The position numbers and the translations under genes are program-made. A stretch of 64,000 nt of DNA from Camelus dromedarius (taxonomy: Eukaryota), in contig NC_087437.1 of assembly GCF_036321535.1 (NCBI RefSeq), positions 65,970,001 through 66,034,000 on the forward strand. The letters are read 5' to 3'. A model generated the notes under the pieces. It ran no database searches and was not told where the DNA came from. It saw only the letters and a program-made list of their open reading frames with translations. This document shows positions 15,505 through 28,993 of this stretch, piece by piece; position 1 is the stretch's first letter, and every line of letters begins with the position of its first letter.

Positions 15505-15912
15505 CTCATTATACTTTGCTAGGGCTGCCATAACAGGGTACCATAGCCTGGATGGCTTAAGCCACAGGATGTTATTTTCTCGCAGTTCTGGAAGCTGGAA
15601 ATCCAAGATCAAGGTGTTGGCAAGTTTGGTTTCTTTTGAAGCCTCTCTCCCTTGCTTTCAGGTGGCTGCCTTCTCTCCATGTCCTTACGTGGCCTTTTCT
15701 CTGTGTGTGCACATCACTGGCTCTTCCTGTGTGTCCTAACCTCTTCTTATAAGGACATCAGTCAGATTGGATTAGGGCCTACCCTAATAAGCCTCATTTT
15801 AACCTAATCATCTCTCTAAAGGCCCTTTCTCCAAAGACAGTTACATCTAAGATACTAGAGGTTGGGGCTTCAACATATGAGTTTGGGGGGAGACATAATT
15901 CAGACCATAATA
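15505..15912 (-). mobile_element. MaLR solo LTR (MLT1A-like)
   Basis: TTTGCTAGGGCTGCCATAACA...CAGTTCTGGAAGCTGGAAATCCAAGATCAAGGTG...GGCTTCAACATATGAGTTTGGGG. Confidence 0.88.
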
Positions 15913-18307
15913 GTCTTTGCCAAAGAAGAAAAGAGTTTTGAGATCTAAAAGCTTCAGTTTTAGTTATCAAAAGCTAATGCCCAAAAAGACTCAGGGCATA
16001 AAAATCATGTCATACTATTAGTATTATGTCATATTATTAAATTATGAATCCCATATTTCATACTTGGATTAGATTCCTCTGAATTTCCACTGAGCTCTAA
16101 GACACTGATCAATTACAGTTCTGGTTACAGAAACAAAAGAGAAATTTAAGACATGTTATCTTTACACTGATGTCCCTAGACAGCACTGATGTTTTAAATG
16201 TTTATACCTGATTTTTGTTGTACTTCTGACTCCTCTGTTGCTATCATGCTATCAGCAATTTTTATTACTGTTTGCGGTATACAACCAGATCCTCCTGTCA
16301 CTTACCAACCCGTCTAGCCTAGATACTTGATAACTTGAGTGTGTTTGAATATGTAACAAAACAAATAAGCTTTATTGGAGGATTTCAGGGGCTTGCCTAT
16401 GAATGAACTCTTTGGTGTATGGCTTCTATGAAACCTGTCTTGGTGACTCAGAGACTGTTTGTTACTTCCTATCCCCAGCTGTGTTTAGATTGGTGAAGCC
16501 CAACCCAAGTTGCAAGTAGATGACATGTCATTATATAGCAGAATCTTGGTGAGGGTAAATCTTTTACCTTTTCACAGAGGAAAACCTTGACATTGGCCAG
16601 GGGAATGCTGGGGTCTATTTAAATCTCCCAGTTCATGAATACTGCATTGGCATTTAGGGTGGATAATATGACCCGCCATCTTCTCCTGCCCGCCCCCACA
16701 CTTCCTACTATTCCTTGACCAATCTGCATTTGATCTAGACCTGAAGTTGTCATTGTCTTAGGGTAGATTTGGTACAACAAAATGCAAATAATAAAGAAGT
16801 CAGTTCTTAGTTCTAGGATTTCAAAATAGGCTTTGCAAGAAAAAATGTTTTGAGATCCAAAAGCTTGGCTTTTAGCTATCAAAAGCTAATACCCCCCAAA
16901 ATTCAGGGCATAAAATCATACCAAATTATATATTACTAAATTGTGAGTCCCATGTTCTAAAAGAAAAATAAAGAAGCCTCTCTTTGTTAGTTCTGGTTAT
17001 TTTGTAATTAAAGAAAACAAAATAAGTTATTTCTGTGTAGGTACTCTAATAGGAATAAAACACATTTTAAAAGAAAATGCACCATAAACAGTAGATTGAG
17101 AAGACTTCCAGGAGGACCTATGATCCAGTCCCCCATTCCAGGGTTGCACAAGAGGCAAGAGAGAGGAAGTCAACCAGTAACTTTAGAAAAGCCCTGTGTC
17201 CTACCACAAGCTAAGTCAGGGATAAAGGTGAACAGAATGCTCAGAATCTGTTGGGGAAATCTGAACCCAGGGAGTGATAAGATTCTACTTTTGTGGGCAG
17301 GGGAGCAGTTGCAGGGTCTGGCCCTAGAGAAGGTGTGGGCTTAGAGGCCAAAAGCTGACTCAGAGAGTCCCCATGCACCAAGGCAGCAGGTCTGGACCCC
17401 AAGAGCAGGTGGGCCAGGAGGACCAGAGGGTGAGGGGTCTCTTTGCAGATGCCAGGAGTGTGTCAGTGGTGATGACCCAGGGTTATAGCCCATCCTCACC
17501 AACACGCTTCCCCAGGGGAAAAGAGGAAAAATACTGAACCCAGGGGGCAAACTCAGACTCTGCTACCAGGTAGAAGGAAGGCTGCAGATAGGACTTAAGT
17601 TCAGCATCAAAAAGGGACAAATGTTAAACCCCCACCCGCTAGTCCACACCTGAGTTTGTGGTCTGAAAAGTATGTTCCCACTACACATGTGATTTATCCT
17701 TACAAAAGCTGTTAAGTACAATTGCAAGTTATGCTTCCAGTGAATACTTCTATTCCATGTCGACCCCATTGAGATGCAGATACTAGCAGTCTGTGAGGCA
17801 CACTCTCTCCAGCTGAGTCACTCATCCCAATTGAAGGTCAGAGGAAAAGGCTCATACACACCTCACGGCACCTGTTACCACAGACCGGCCGGGGGCTTTA
17901 TCAGAGCCCATTTGTTCACAAGGACCACAACCACTTTAGTTATCTTGAGCAAAAAATTAAATAACATAAAATAAGAATTTATTGGAAGGATACCAGGATA
18001 CCTCATGGACCTCAGAAACAGAAAGAGGTAGACCTTGCACCAGAACCAGGCCTCTAGAACCAGAAGCAAGGGACCAGGACTGCAGCCTGTGCTTCCCATT
18101 TCCCAGGGATCTCAGGCTCTCTCCTCTCTGTGTTTCTGCAGTTCTGCTGCTCTTGTCTCTCCCTGAAGTACAGCTTTCTCTTCTGTGTGTGCTTGGCCCC
18201 TCCACCCAAGATTTACGTGCAGTTTCTCTTCTCAAAGCCTGGAAGAGATGGCTAAAGGCCCTGGAGCCTGTTCTAACTCAAGGAGTTCTGTTTTGCTTTA
18301 ATCTTTT

Positions 18308-18382
18308 AATTTTTTTTAATTAAAAAAAATTTTTTTGAAGTGCAGTCAGTTACAATGTGTCAATTTCTGGTATACAGCACAA
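18308..18382 (-). mobile_element. Extremely 5'-truncated young L1 3' end
   Basis: The reverse complement resembles the last ~50 nt of the L1 ending at ~63450 (TGTGCTGTACACCAGAAACTGACACA...). TSD TTTG(C/A)TTTAATCTTTT at 18292-18307 and 18383-18398. Confidence 0.75.
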
Positions 18383-19129
18383 TTTGATTTAATCTTTTTA
18401 AAAGGGCTTTTTATTTTCCATTAAAATCTTTTCCAACTTTTAAAGTTTTAAACTAAAGAAAAACTGAAATAGTACAGTGAACATTTGTTTACCCTTTAGT
18501 TAGATTTATTAATTGTTATAACTGTGATGTTTGCGTTCTTTTTCTGTATAATGTATATATACATAATATACTTTTTCCTGAACCATTTGAAAATAAATTG
18601 TATATATCATAAGATGTGATCCCTAATTTCTTCTTCATGTAGCTCCAGAAAACAGGAACAATCCAGGAGAGAAAACTGGGTTGATCCAAACACCAAACTG
18701 GCTCTCCCTGGGTCAGGTGTCCCATTAGCTGTGGTGAGGAATCACAGGGCACAAAGCCAGCTCTGGGGGTTCATCTCTTTGTGGGGGGCAATTCTCAGAG
18801 AAGAGCATGATGGATGGGTACTAAAAATGATTCTACTGCATCCTGACTACTTCTTACCCTTTCCAGTTTAAAGTGACATATATATTACATATAAAACTTA
18901 TACTATGTCATGGACCCTTGAGATTATCTGTGAATAGCTAAAACCACAAAAGTGAAGTCCACAAATGCCGAAGTTCTACTACATTTTACAAATGGCCCAA
19001 ATCTACTCCTGCTAAGTGTCTATAAAACATTCTGCTCTTGACCACTTCCAGTGACGGAATTCTGATAATGGAAGGTTCTGGAATAAAGTAATCATATGCA
19101 GGATTCACTACCTATGAAAAAATAAAATA

Positions 19130-19330
19130 GTTAAATAAATGGCTAGTAATTGAGCACTCACTTTGTGCTGGGCACTATGCTAAATGTTTTACATATATTA
19201 TCCAATTCCATCCTCACAAAAACCCTGTGTGGTATTACAATTACATACATTTTTACAGAAGAAACTAAAGAGCAAAGAGCTTAGGTAACTGGCCCAAGCA
19301 ACTGGTAAGTTGCAGGTCTCCTTACGCTGG
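19130..19330 (-). mobile_element. MIR SINE
   Basis: TTGAGCACTCACTTTGTGCTGGGCACTATGCTAAATGTTTTACAT...CCTCACAAAAACCCTGTG. Confidence 0.7.
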
Positions 19331-20981
19331 AATCTGTAATCTTGACACTACCCTGTATTCAAAAACTTAACTGTGCCCTGAATACTTAAGGATGCAATTA
19401 ATTTTCCCCTACCCCTACAGAGACAGAAAACTTGAGCCTATTTTTAATAACAAAGGATGGAAATGACCCCAGTACTAAAACTGAATACTCTCGGATAACC
19501 CTTATCATTTTTACTGCAGGAAGCTCACTGGGAAACAATCATCACAGAGTAAATATTCTTGTGCCATTTAGCACTATCTCTGAACAGCCCCAAATACTCC
19601 AAGTTCAACTGGTAGGTCACATGCTAGATAAAGAGAGGTTAGCCTTTCCTTGAGAAGGGGATGGTGTTGGAATGAAACCATCCTTTCTAATCACAGTCCT
19701 GCCTCAGCCCACAGCATGTCAATGGGAGTCTCTGAAGTGCTTGGCCAGATGGCAGACACTGTGTTCCCCACACTAGCTGCGTGCTTTGAGGGGCCTTTCA
19801 CAAGAACATCCTGGGCTAGGCATGTCCATGGAGTATACTTCTAATCACCCTCATCCTTGCAGAGTCCCAAAATGCTGACTCAAGAAATATTTAATCCACA
19901 GACAAGTGGATACATACACTGTATTCCTGCCTCTAAGCCTGATTTGGATGCAGAGGTTGAAGGATATCTCCCACTGAGCCTCCCAGAATGCTTCAGCTCA
20001 TTCTTGGTCTGGTTCAGGGCTTCTGGGGCTCAAATCCTCAGGGGCTAGTCTCAGCTTCACAGCCCCTGCTGGCAGCCTTATCAAGAGCTTCAGGCCATTC
20101 TGGGTTGGTTCTGCCCAGGACATCAGAGCTATGCCATAGGAGATCACCGTCTCTTTCCTGACACCCATCTCATAGGAGAGGAAATAGTCCCAACATACTG
20201 AGTTTTTCCCAATAAATCCTTATGACTCAACCACACAGATAAATTTTAAAGCTTATCTTAAGCTTACTTATGTTTTCTGTTTTTGAAGGAGTGGAATGTG
20301 TTCTGAAACTTCCTTTTTGCAGTGTAAGGTACTACTTCCTGTTATTGACCTAAATTGTATTCTTTCAAGTTTTCTTGGGTGTTCTCCAGTACAACTCTTC
20401 TCATTTTAGTTGCCAAATCCCTTTGTAAAGGGAATGTTTACCCCTGTGTCTGCTAGACTCTTTCAGGCTGCTTGGAAAAGACATACCCCTATTAGTGAAG
20501 GAATTCATTGCAAGGATACATGAGAATGTGAGCCAGGAGACATCCTCTCCATCGTGACCATAGACTTCCAAGACTGAGGAGCACACCAGGCTTTTCAAAG
20601 ACCTAGAACAACAACTCAACGTTGCTCTCACTCAGTATGAGCTTTAGTCACCCACTTTCTCTTTCTCTATCTAGCATTTATTCTTCCGAAGACCGTGGAT
20701 GGGATCAGTTTGTCACACCCCAGTATGGTGCTCCCCTTATTCATCAGACTCTGTGGCTTTGTACCTCTTAGCTTTTGACTCAAGGAGAAATCTGGTGTTT
20801 CATCGTTTATGGCCAGGATAGCAGGATAAACACATGACATATAAATTCAATTTGAAAGAAAAGTAGGAGCATAAGAGACATTTGAGGCTGCATGGTGTAT
20901 CTCCCAGTTTATATTTAACAAGTTCTGTTTTATATCCTCAAGTTTTCCTTAATGCAGGAAATGATATAGCCACTGGCAAAT

Positions 20982-21503
20982 TGTGCAGATTAAAGGGTCT
21001 GAGACTGCTATCCTTAGAAAGTCCCAATCGCAAGGCTGGCTTCTGGCTGGCATCAGGAAACTTGGATTTCAGGAGGGTCCCACAATTCCCAGAAATGAGA
21101 GTGGTTCATTGTGCAAACAGTATGGTTATGCTAAGCACTTGCTTTCCTCTAAGAGTCTGGAATTCTGGTACATACTAGGCACAGTGTGCCTATATGACCA
21201 GCTCCCAATAAAAACCCTGGTCGCTGAGTCTTAATGAGCTTCCCTGGGAGACAACTTTTCACACATGTTGTCCCAGTTTGTGGCTGGAAGAACTCGGTAC
21301 ATGACTCCAATGGCAACAGACTCTCGGAAGCCCGTACCTGGTTTCCTCTGGTCTTTACCCCGTGTGCCTTTTCCCTTTGCTGATTTTGCTTTGTATCCTT
21401 CCATGATACTACATCATAGCTGTGAACACAACTATGTGCCCAGTCCTGTTAGTCCTCCCAGTGAATCATGGAACTGGGAGTGGTCTTGGGGATCCCCAAC
21501 ATA
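20982..21503 (+). mobile_element. ERVL-class solo LTR (MER68-like)
   Basis: TGTGCAGA...CTGAGACTGCTATCCTTAGAAAG...AACTTGGATTTCAGGAGGGTCCCAC...CCAATAAAAACCCTGG...GTGGTCTTGGGGATCCCCAACA. Confidence 0.8.
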
Positions 21504-23131
21504 TGGTCAATCTGGTCCATCGATTTCCAGTCGTATTAAAGTAGCATCATTTCCTCACATTTAAAACAAAAACTGTAAGTCTCTTCCTTACAGAGATATT
21601 ACATCCTCCTCCCCCAAACATCCATTACAGCTATTTAAGACAATAACTTGAAAGAGCCATCTTTCTTTGAAAGAAGCCATAAGTGGCTAAAACTTTAATG
21701 AAGGCAAAGAGGAAACATCACGGGGGCAGACCCAGCTGGAGGGGGCTTCCAGGCAGCAGCCCTGGGAGGCTCACTCTGAGTGATGTTCAGCATGTTAATA
21801 ATAACATTTCTCTTCACTGTGAAAAGCCAGTAAAAATGAGCATTTTCTGCCACATTCACATATTCTAAATGAGCCAAATTCTTCTACTACATGACCTTCA
21901 TGTGCAGGTCAGTTACTTTAACCAGCTGCATTTATTCACTTTCATTTTTAGGTTTTGCTGGTACACTGAAAATAATACCTAAGGGTCTGAAAAAAGCCCT
22001 GTCATTGCTCAAAAGTGCCTGATTTATTCCTGGGGAGTAGCTGGGGCCCTGGAAGAATCTCAGTCCATGAAGTTTTATGATAAATATCAGTGATTACGCT
22101 GATAATAGAGTGTTCCACCAAAATTAGGCAGGGGAAGGCATTGCTTTTCAGTGGGGAAAAAAAAAATCATAAACTGCTTTCTTCAAAGCCCATGGCTAGT
22201 GCGTTAGCATCCTGCTTCTTCTCCCAAGGGTGGGAGTTAGGAGAGAAGAAGAGAGAAGGAAGAAGGTGGGAGGGGTATTGAGAGAGGGAGACTAAAGAGG
22301 GAAAAGAGAAGGAAATGAAGCCACCAGAGAATGAGGAAGGGCTCTCTTCAGCCTTGGGCTCTGGCCGTGAGAAAACCCTACTCTCAGGGATCCTCTCAGG
22401 AGAGCCCCAACCTACCCATAACCAATTAACTTCATGGCACCCCTGAGGCCACCCTCTCATCCAGCCTAGGCCAGTCCCACTCGGACTAGAAACTATAGGA
22501 GAGTGGGCCTATCACTTTGATCAAAGATGCAGCTTTTCCAATCTCCACATAAATTCCAAAGGCAGTTGTTTACTCCTACATCTGGATTACAGGAGGGAAT
22601 ATCCAGTGTCCCATGGCCCTGGGACAAGTCTGTTGTTTCTCGGCCCACAACCCTACATGTCCTCATGGTGTCCCAAGCTGGGAAGGAGCCCAGGAGTCCG
22701 GCAGACTGCCATGCAGTGGGTATTTGTTGTTTGAGTCTGCTCAGTGTCCCTTCTTGGGAAAAACCTCCTCCCCATACCATGTGTTTTGGGAAGCTATCAG
22801 TCAGAGTGTGCTGCCTGCTATAGGGATGGTATCATGACCCAAACACAGCTAAGCACGGGTCCACCCCCTTGGCAATATGCTTTGTCCATGCACATGGTGG
22901 GGGGAGGGGGGATGAGACAAACAGGACCAATCAGAATCCCTCCCTGGGTTGGATATATGGACCTTGGGAAAATAAACACTCTTTTCTTGCCATGGTACCA
23001 AAGCTGGGAGGATGCAACTTGGGGACTTGCACTAGCCATCTTCTCAGCTATACGGAGAAACTAAAGCTGCAGAAAAAGCTGAGAGTCTGAAGACAGAGAG
23101 AGAGAGAGCAAGTCCTTACAGCATTGAGTAC

Positions 23132-23635
23132 TGTATTCATTACCTGGGGCTACTGTAAAAAAATTACCACAACCTTGGTGGCTTATAACAACAGAAATTT
23201 ATTCTCTCCCAATTCAGGAAACCAGAAGACTGATAGCTAGGTGTTGGCTAGGAAGTGCTCCCTCTGTAGGCTCTAGAGGAGAATCTGTTCCTTGCCTCTT
23301 CCAGCTGGAATCACTCCTTGGTGTTCCTTGACCTTGGCCACACCACTCCAATCTCTGCCTCCATCCTCACATCCCCTTCTCTGTGTGTCTCTTCTCCTCC
23401 TTTGTCTCTGTCGAATATCCCTCTGCTTCTCTCTTATAAGAATGCATGTGATTGCATTTAGGCCCACCTGGAAAATCTAGGATAAGCTCCTCCTCTCAAA
23501 ATCTTCAACTTAATATATCTTTGCCATATAAGTAATATTCACTCTTTTGCATAAAAGGTAACATTTGCAGATTCCAGAGATTAGAAAGTAAATATATCTT
23601 GGCAGGAGTTGGAGGAGCATTTTTTAGCCTACTGT
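23132..23635 (-). mobile_element. MaLR solo LTR (MLT1C/D-like), apparently nested in an older LTR remnant (~22780-23760)
   Basis: TTACCACAACCTTGGTGGCTTATAACAACAGAAATTTATTCTCTC...GGCTCTAGAGGAGAATCTGTTCCTTGCCTCTTCCAGCT. Confidence 0.8.
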
Positions 23636-25251
23636 AAGTCCCATTCAAGTCCCTGAGACCTTACTTCCTGCAGCCCTTCCTTCAACCCCATATATCCTCA
23701 CCAGCCAATAAATTCCTTCTTGGCTTAGGCTAGTATAGGTTGAGTTTAATCACTTGTATTAAACATGTCTTAAATAATTCCCCATGTCTGCAGCAGGCTG
23801 GGATATGGAAAAGGCAGCATAGTGCAGCAGACAGAACATCTGCTCTTCTGCAAGTGTTCAAGAAAATCATTTCCTTTTCTCAGCTTTGATGTTTCACAAC
23901 TCTTACAAAGATTAGGCTTAAAGGACTGTTGCATTTGTTTATGGTAACTATTTTATTGTTTTAAACACTCTGTAATTATATTTATGGCCTGATGATCAGT
24001 TGGGACTTTTTTCAATTGTGATCAAAAAACTCAACCTAAGAGGCTTGAACAAAACCAAGCAGACAACAAAGCTAAAAAGTCTGGAGCTAATCAAGTACAG
24101 CTCAGTTTGAGGCTCTGATGATATCATTGGGATCCATCTCTTGGCTCTGTCTCTTTAAGGCTGGCAGTGTTTTAGGTCTCAGGAAGTGGCCCCTTGCAGC
24201 TTCAAACCCACATTATCTTGTACTCTGGCCGGTGGAAGAGAACATATGTTACCCTGATGGGTAGAACAAAAATCTTAAAATTGGATTTCATTGGTCCTAT
24301 TGGTCTGACTTCTGTCTGATGCCTGTGGCTGAACTGTGGCCAGGGGAATGAAAGGCAGTGATTTGCTTGCCCTAGAGATCACTGCTTTACCTCTAGAGTG
24401 GAGTGGGACACAATGATGAAGAGTGGAAGAGGAATGGTACTCTAGAGGGAAACACCATACAGTTACTTGAAGTGAGGTGAAAGTATGCTGGCTGCAAAAG
24501 GAATAGATGTGTACTGAATATCAGAGGATTTCGTGATATAACTTCCTTTATTTATTCAAATGAATAGTACTGCCAAACTCATGATAAGCAGATTGATTGT
24601 CATAAATCATACTTTTGTGAATATAATATGATCATTTATACTACTAATTTACAGACTTTTCAGAAACTAACTTGGAGGAGATTGTGTGGATGTAGCACCT
24701 TTAGGCAGAGCAGAGTAGGCATATATATAAATTATGTGTTGCTCTGTGTATGTAAATAAACACATAAATATGTAATAAATATTTCTCCAAGTTGCTGATT
24801 AAAGCATCTTGTCACAGGTACTCTCAATGATTAAATAAAATGTCACAATGAATTTGATTAATGTAATTAACAATAATAAATATTGTACTCAATTCTAGAA
24901 GTGTTCTTTTGGCCTAAGTGTGAGATTTAGTTTTCTGTAGCAGTGGTCTTCAAACTTTATGATAACATACCTCCACCAATAACAGTGGACTAATATATAC
25001 ATTATAACATACACAAAATATAAAATGAGATGAGTTAAAGATAAAATAATCAACATTTTACTTATTAATTGTCAAAACCTTTTGTGCTCTCACTGGAAAA
25101 ATAATAAATTTAGGGAGAGTGATGCTTTTATTTCATTCAGAAGATATTTGCTTAACATTTTGTGACAGGGAATGTTAAAGATCTGATCCTAAGTCCAGTT
25201 TACTTTGGTATTTGGTTTCATGATTGTGAAAGGTGAAAAAGATAACTCATT

Positions 25252-25620
25252 TTTATAGGTAGAATTGTGTCCCCAAAACTCATATGTTGAAACCCTAACC
25301 CCCAGTGTGGCTGGATTTGTAAATAGGGCCTTTAAGGAGGTAATAAGATTTAAAAAGTTCAGAAGGGTAGAGTCCTCATCCAATAGGACTGCCCCTATAA
25401 GAAGAGGAAGACACCAAGGATGCAATCATACAGAAAGAAGATGAGGACACAGTGAGGAGGTGGCCATCTGCAAGCAAAGAAGAGAGACCTCACCAGAAAC
25501 CAATCCTGCCAGTATCTTGATCTTGCACTTCCAGCATCTAGAACTATGAGAAAATGAATTGCTGTTGGATAAGCCACCCAGTTTGAAGTATTCTGAGTAC
25601 AGCCCTAGGAGACTAATACA
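25252..25620 (+). mobile_element. MaLR solo LTR (MLT1A-like)
   Basis: GAATTGTGTCCCCAAAACTCATATGTTGAAACCCTAACCCCCAGTGTG...AAGCCACCCAGT...GACTAATACA. Confidence 0.88.
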
Positions 25621-25989
25621 CTCCAAATATACATAGATCCAGATGGAAGATGTGCATCAATGGCCCACTCACAAAATTATGACACTCATTTTTCAGTCCT
25701 GTAAACAAATCATGCAAAAGTTTTTGTCGAAATTTAGCTGGTAAATTTCCATCTGTTCTAGAAATAATTTGTTCTTCAAACTAATTGAAAGTTGTTACAT
25801 TTTTAAACTTTCCACAAACTATTAGTTGGAAGAGTTTTAAACAGATTAGAAAATTTTGTTAAAGTTTTTGTCTAAGTTTACAACTTAAAATCTAACTAAA
25901 GAATCAAAACCAACAACTACATGAACAAGTGTTTAGACATTGTATAACATTATGCAATAAAATGCCAAGTTGTAAGTCTACATCATCAA

Positions 25990-26410
25990 CTATTAACCTT
26001 GGAAAAGTACCCAAATTTTTCTGAGCTTCAGTTTCCTTCCTTGGAAAGTGGAAGCAATTTTAAAAAATACCTTTCAGTTTGTTGTGATAATTAAGTAAAA
26101 TAAGACATGGCTTCTGTAGTTAGTACCTGGCGCATAATACCAACTGCAATTCAGATGCAAAGATCAATGAAATAATAATGGCTATCATTTATGCAGGTCT
26201 GCTACATGCCTGGCACTTTCTATAAGACACTATATTTAAATTTTGCAACCCCCTGCAAGGCATTATTGCTGTCATTTGTCAGATGCAGAAACCTAGGTTC
26301 AGAGAGCTTAAGTAATTTGACAAAGTCGCACAGCTAGTAAATGGTGGCAACAAGACTGAAAGCCAGGTTTGTTTGACCTCGAACCTCATGTGCTTTCCAC
26401 TATGCCAAGT
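25990..26410. mobile_element. Two MIR SINE remnants in opposite orientations
   Basis: CTGAGCTTCAGTTTCCT (~26021) and CAGATGCAGAAACCTAGGTTCAGAGAGCTTAAGTAATTTG (~26280). Confidence 0.65.
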
Positions 26411-27099
26411 TATTGCCAGAAAAGGTGCTAGAAAAAGCAATGAAGTTTTACTTGGGTCCTGGAAAAAAGGACAGAATTTGAATAGACAAAAGGAGGAAGG
26501 AGGAAAGGAGACCATGACTAATTCTGAGAAGGTACAGTGTATGGTCAGGGATGAAAAGTATTGTGAGTTATTAGAGGACAGAAACAAAACCTGTACAACA
26601 TAGGGCCCTTCAGTCCTAGCACAGAGACTGGGATGCGATAGCTGGTGGGGGGATGTCTATTCCCTAATTCTCTTATGTCCATAACAAGGAAGTAGGAGTG
26701 CATTGTCTGACTGGTAAGCTTGAGGGAGGATCTAGGGATGTGTCCCTCTAACCCCTCAAGTTTGGGGATCTGGCCTGCCACAGGAAGCATGTGTCTTCTG
26801 CTTTTCCAGAAACTGTAAAACTTCAGTCAGTTTTATACAAGCAGATTTTCCAACTCTGCTTGTGACTGAGGGGGTATGTTCAATTCTGGGGTGAAGTACA
26901 AGCAGGTCCTTGTCCCTGCAGATCTAGAGCCACGGCCACCATTCTAGCTTTTACCAGGGACAAAGCTGATGTTTTGCTCTCCACCAGTCTGACTCCTGCA
27001 GCTATCTCAATGGATTCTGAACTTGCACGGCAATGAGGGTGTTATTGGAAGCCCCCTAAGACTGCAACAGTAGGCACTCAAGAAACCATGGTAAATGAG

Positions 27100-27680
27100 T
27101 GAATATGACAAGTTCAGAGGACAATGAGAAGATGGCCTGATCTGAGAAGAGGTTGTATGAGTAGTTTAAGTAAGGTTAGATGGATAACTTACAAGAAAAG
27201 CGTTTGAATTTGATGTGGGAAGAGAGTGCTGAAAGTTTCAGAGCAGGGGAAGAACATGAGGAGGACAGTGTTTAAATCAGGTGGTGAGAATCTGGCAATG
27301 GGCTGCAGGGGAGACTGGGGGAGGAGAGCCTGGAGCTGAAGGGCAACCATAGATGGTTTCTAGAATTCCTGAGGGAAGATGAAGGTCTGGCTTAGGGAAG
27401 TGGAAATGTGAATGAGGGTGAAAGGCTGAACAACAGATCTCAAAGAGAAAACCGCCAGGATATGGTAACAACTGGGGTCTCAGAAGTGGAGATACCTTCT
27501 TGTTGGAGGTTTCCAGTGGAGATCCATTTCCACTCTGAATGACACAGAGGAGCAGGCACAGGACCTGGTGGGAAGCTGGGCTCAGCCTTGGGCATGTTAA
27601 ATCTGAGGTGTCCAGTGGATTTGTTCTTGACACCAGGGACACGGGATGCACAGTAGGGAAAAAGCCACAGTTGGGAGCAG
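27100..27680 (-). mobile_element. Degenerate L2 fragment
   Basis: Purine-rich tract with L2-like motifs, e.g. GGGCATGTTAAATCTGAGGTG and CTGAAAGTTTCAGAGCAGGGGAAGAACATGA. Confidence 0.5.
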
Positions 27681-28300
27681 TCTGGGGAGTCAACACCATG
27701 AAAGAGGCAGCACACATTTAAAGTGCTCTGGAAAGAAGTTGGTGGAGATGTGACGTGTGAACAGGGAGAGTACCTGGTACATGGGTACCAGGAAGTGGGG
27801 TAGGGACACAGGCGAAGGGTCGGCGGAGGAGGGCAGGGGGATACCGGTCGCTCCTGGACTGAAGGGAAGGACGGGATGAGGCTGCCGGCAAACGCTGGAA
27901 TCAGGCTCTTCTCAGCAGAGGAGGACGGCCTCCACCTTTCCTGCCCCCCTGTCCCCCGAAAATCCACAGTTGAACCCGACAGCTTTCCTCATGCTGACCG
28001 GTGTTCCGGGCCCTGCGCCCCGTTCCTCGCGCCCTGGCGACAGTGACGCCCTGGACCTCATACTGTACGGGTCCCTCTACCTCCGGCCTTCTCTCTATCA
28101 GCTGTAGGGGGCGGCTCCGGCTCCCCAGGCCGCAGGGCCTCTTCCCCTAGTGTCCTGCTCCAGTCTGGACCGGGGGTGCCCCCGCAGGACCGTCCCACCT
28201 GGCCACCGCCGCAGCCCACGCCCGCAGCCCGCCGGAGCTGCCGCAAGCCAGCGGCCCCTCCCGGGGGTGGGATTTCGGTCTCCCCCAACCCCCACCAACA

Positions 28301-28469
<169 letters not shown>

Positions 28470-28739
28470 CCTTTGTTGCAGTGTCCCCCAGGACAGCCCC
28501 CTCTCTGGCTCGGCATCCACGTCCTGGGGGCCGGAGGGGTGCTCAGCTAGAGGCCAGGCAGAAAAAGGGGTTCTGGCGGCGCCAGGACGCTCGCGGATAG
28601 CGAGAGTCTGGGAGGAGGGAGCGGAGCTCCGAGCCGCGGGGACGGTGCTGCAGAAGGGGGAGGAGAATGGGGAGGAGCTGGGGGGCAGGCAATCGGGGAA
28701 GGAGGGGTCTTAAGGGGCGGCGAGCCCAGGTCGGATTTC

Positions 28740-28834
28740 CTCTGAGGCTGGCGATCCGCGAAGCTCCCACCTTCCCTTAGAGCTCGCTGCAGCCGCGTTG
28801 CCCCACGCCCTCCGGAGACCGGGACCGGACCATG
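28740..28834 (+). other. FSTL1: FSTL1 exon 1 (5' UTR, ending in an ATG at 28832-28834; TSS approximate)
   Basis: GGCGATCCGCGAAGCTCCCACCTTCCCTTAGAGCTCGCTGC...GGACCGGACCATG resembles the FSTL1 5' UTR as I recall it. Donor ATG|GTGAGA at 28835. Confidence 0.75.
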
Positions 28835-28993
28835 GTGAGAGCGGAGTGCGGCGCGGAGCCGAGTGCACTGGCCCGACCCCTCTGGGCGGCCGAGGGTGGC
28901 CGGGCGGAGGGGGCGAGCCTCCGGGACCTGAAGAAGTTTCCGGGGTCGGCGCGGGGCCCGGTGCCTTCAATCTTGCTCTTCTCTCTTCCGCAG

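Noticed and set aside
27277..27967. Antisense 146-aa and 175-aa ORFs as a divergent gene upstream of FSTL1
   Set aside because: They overlap a degenerate L2-like tract and the CpG island edge with no recognisable protein family. A non-coding divergent transcript cannot be judged from sequence alone.
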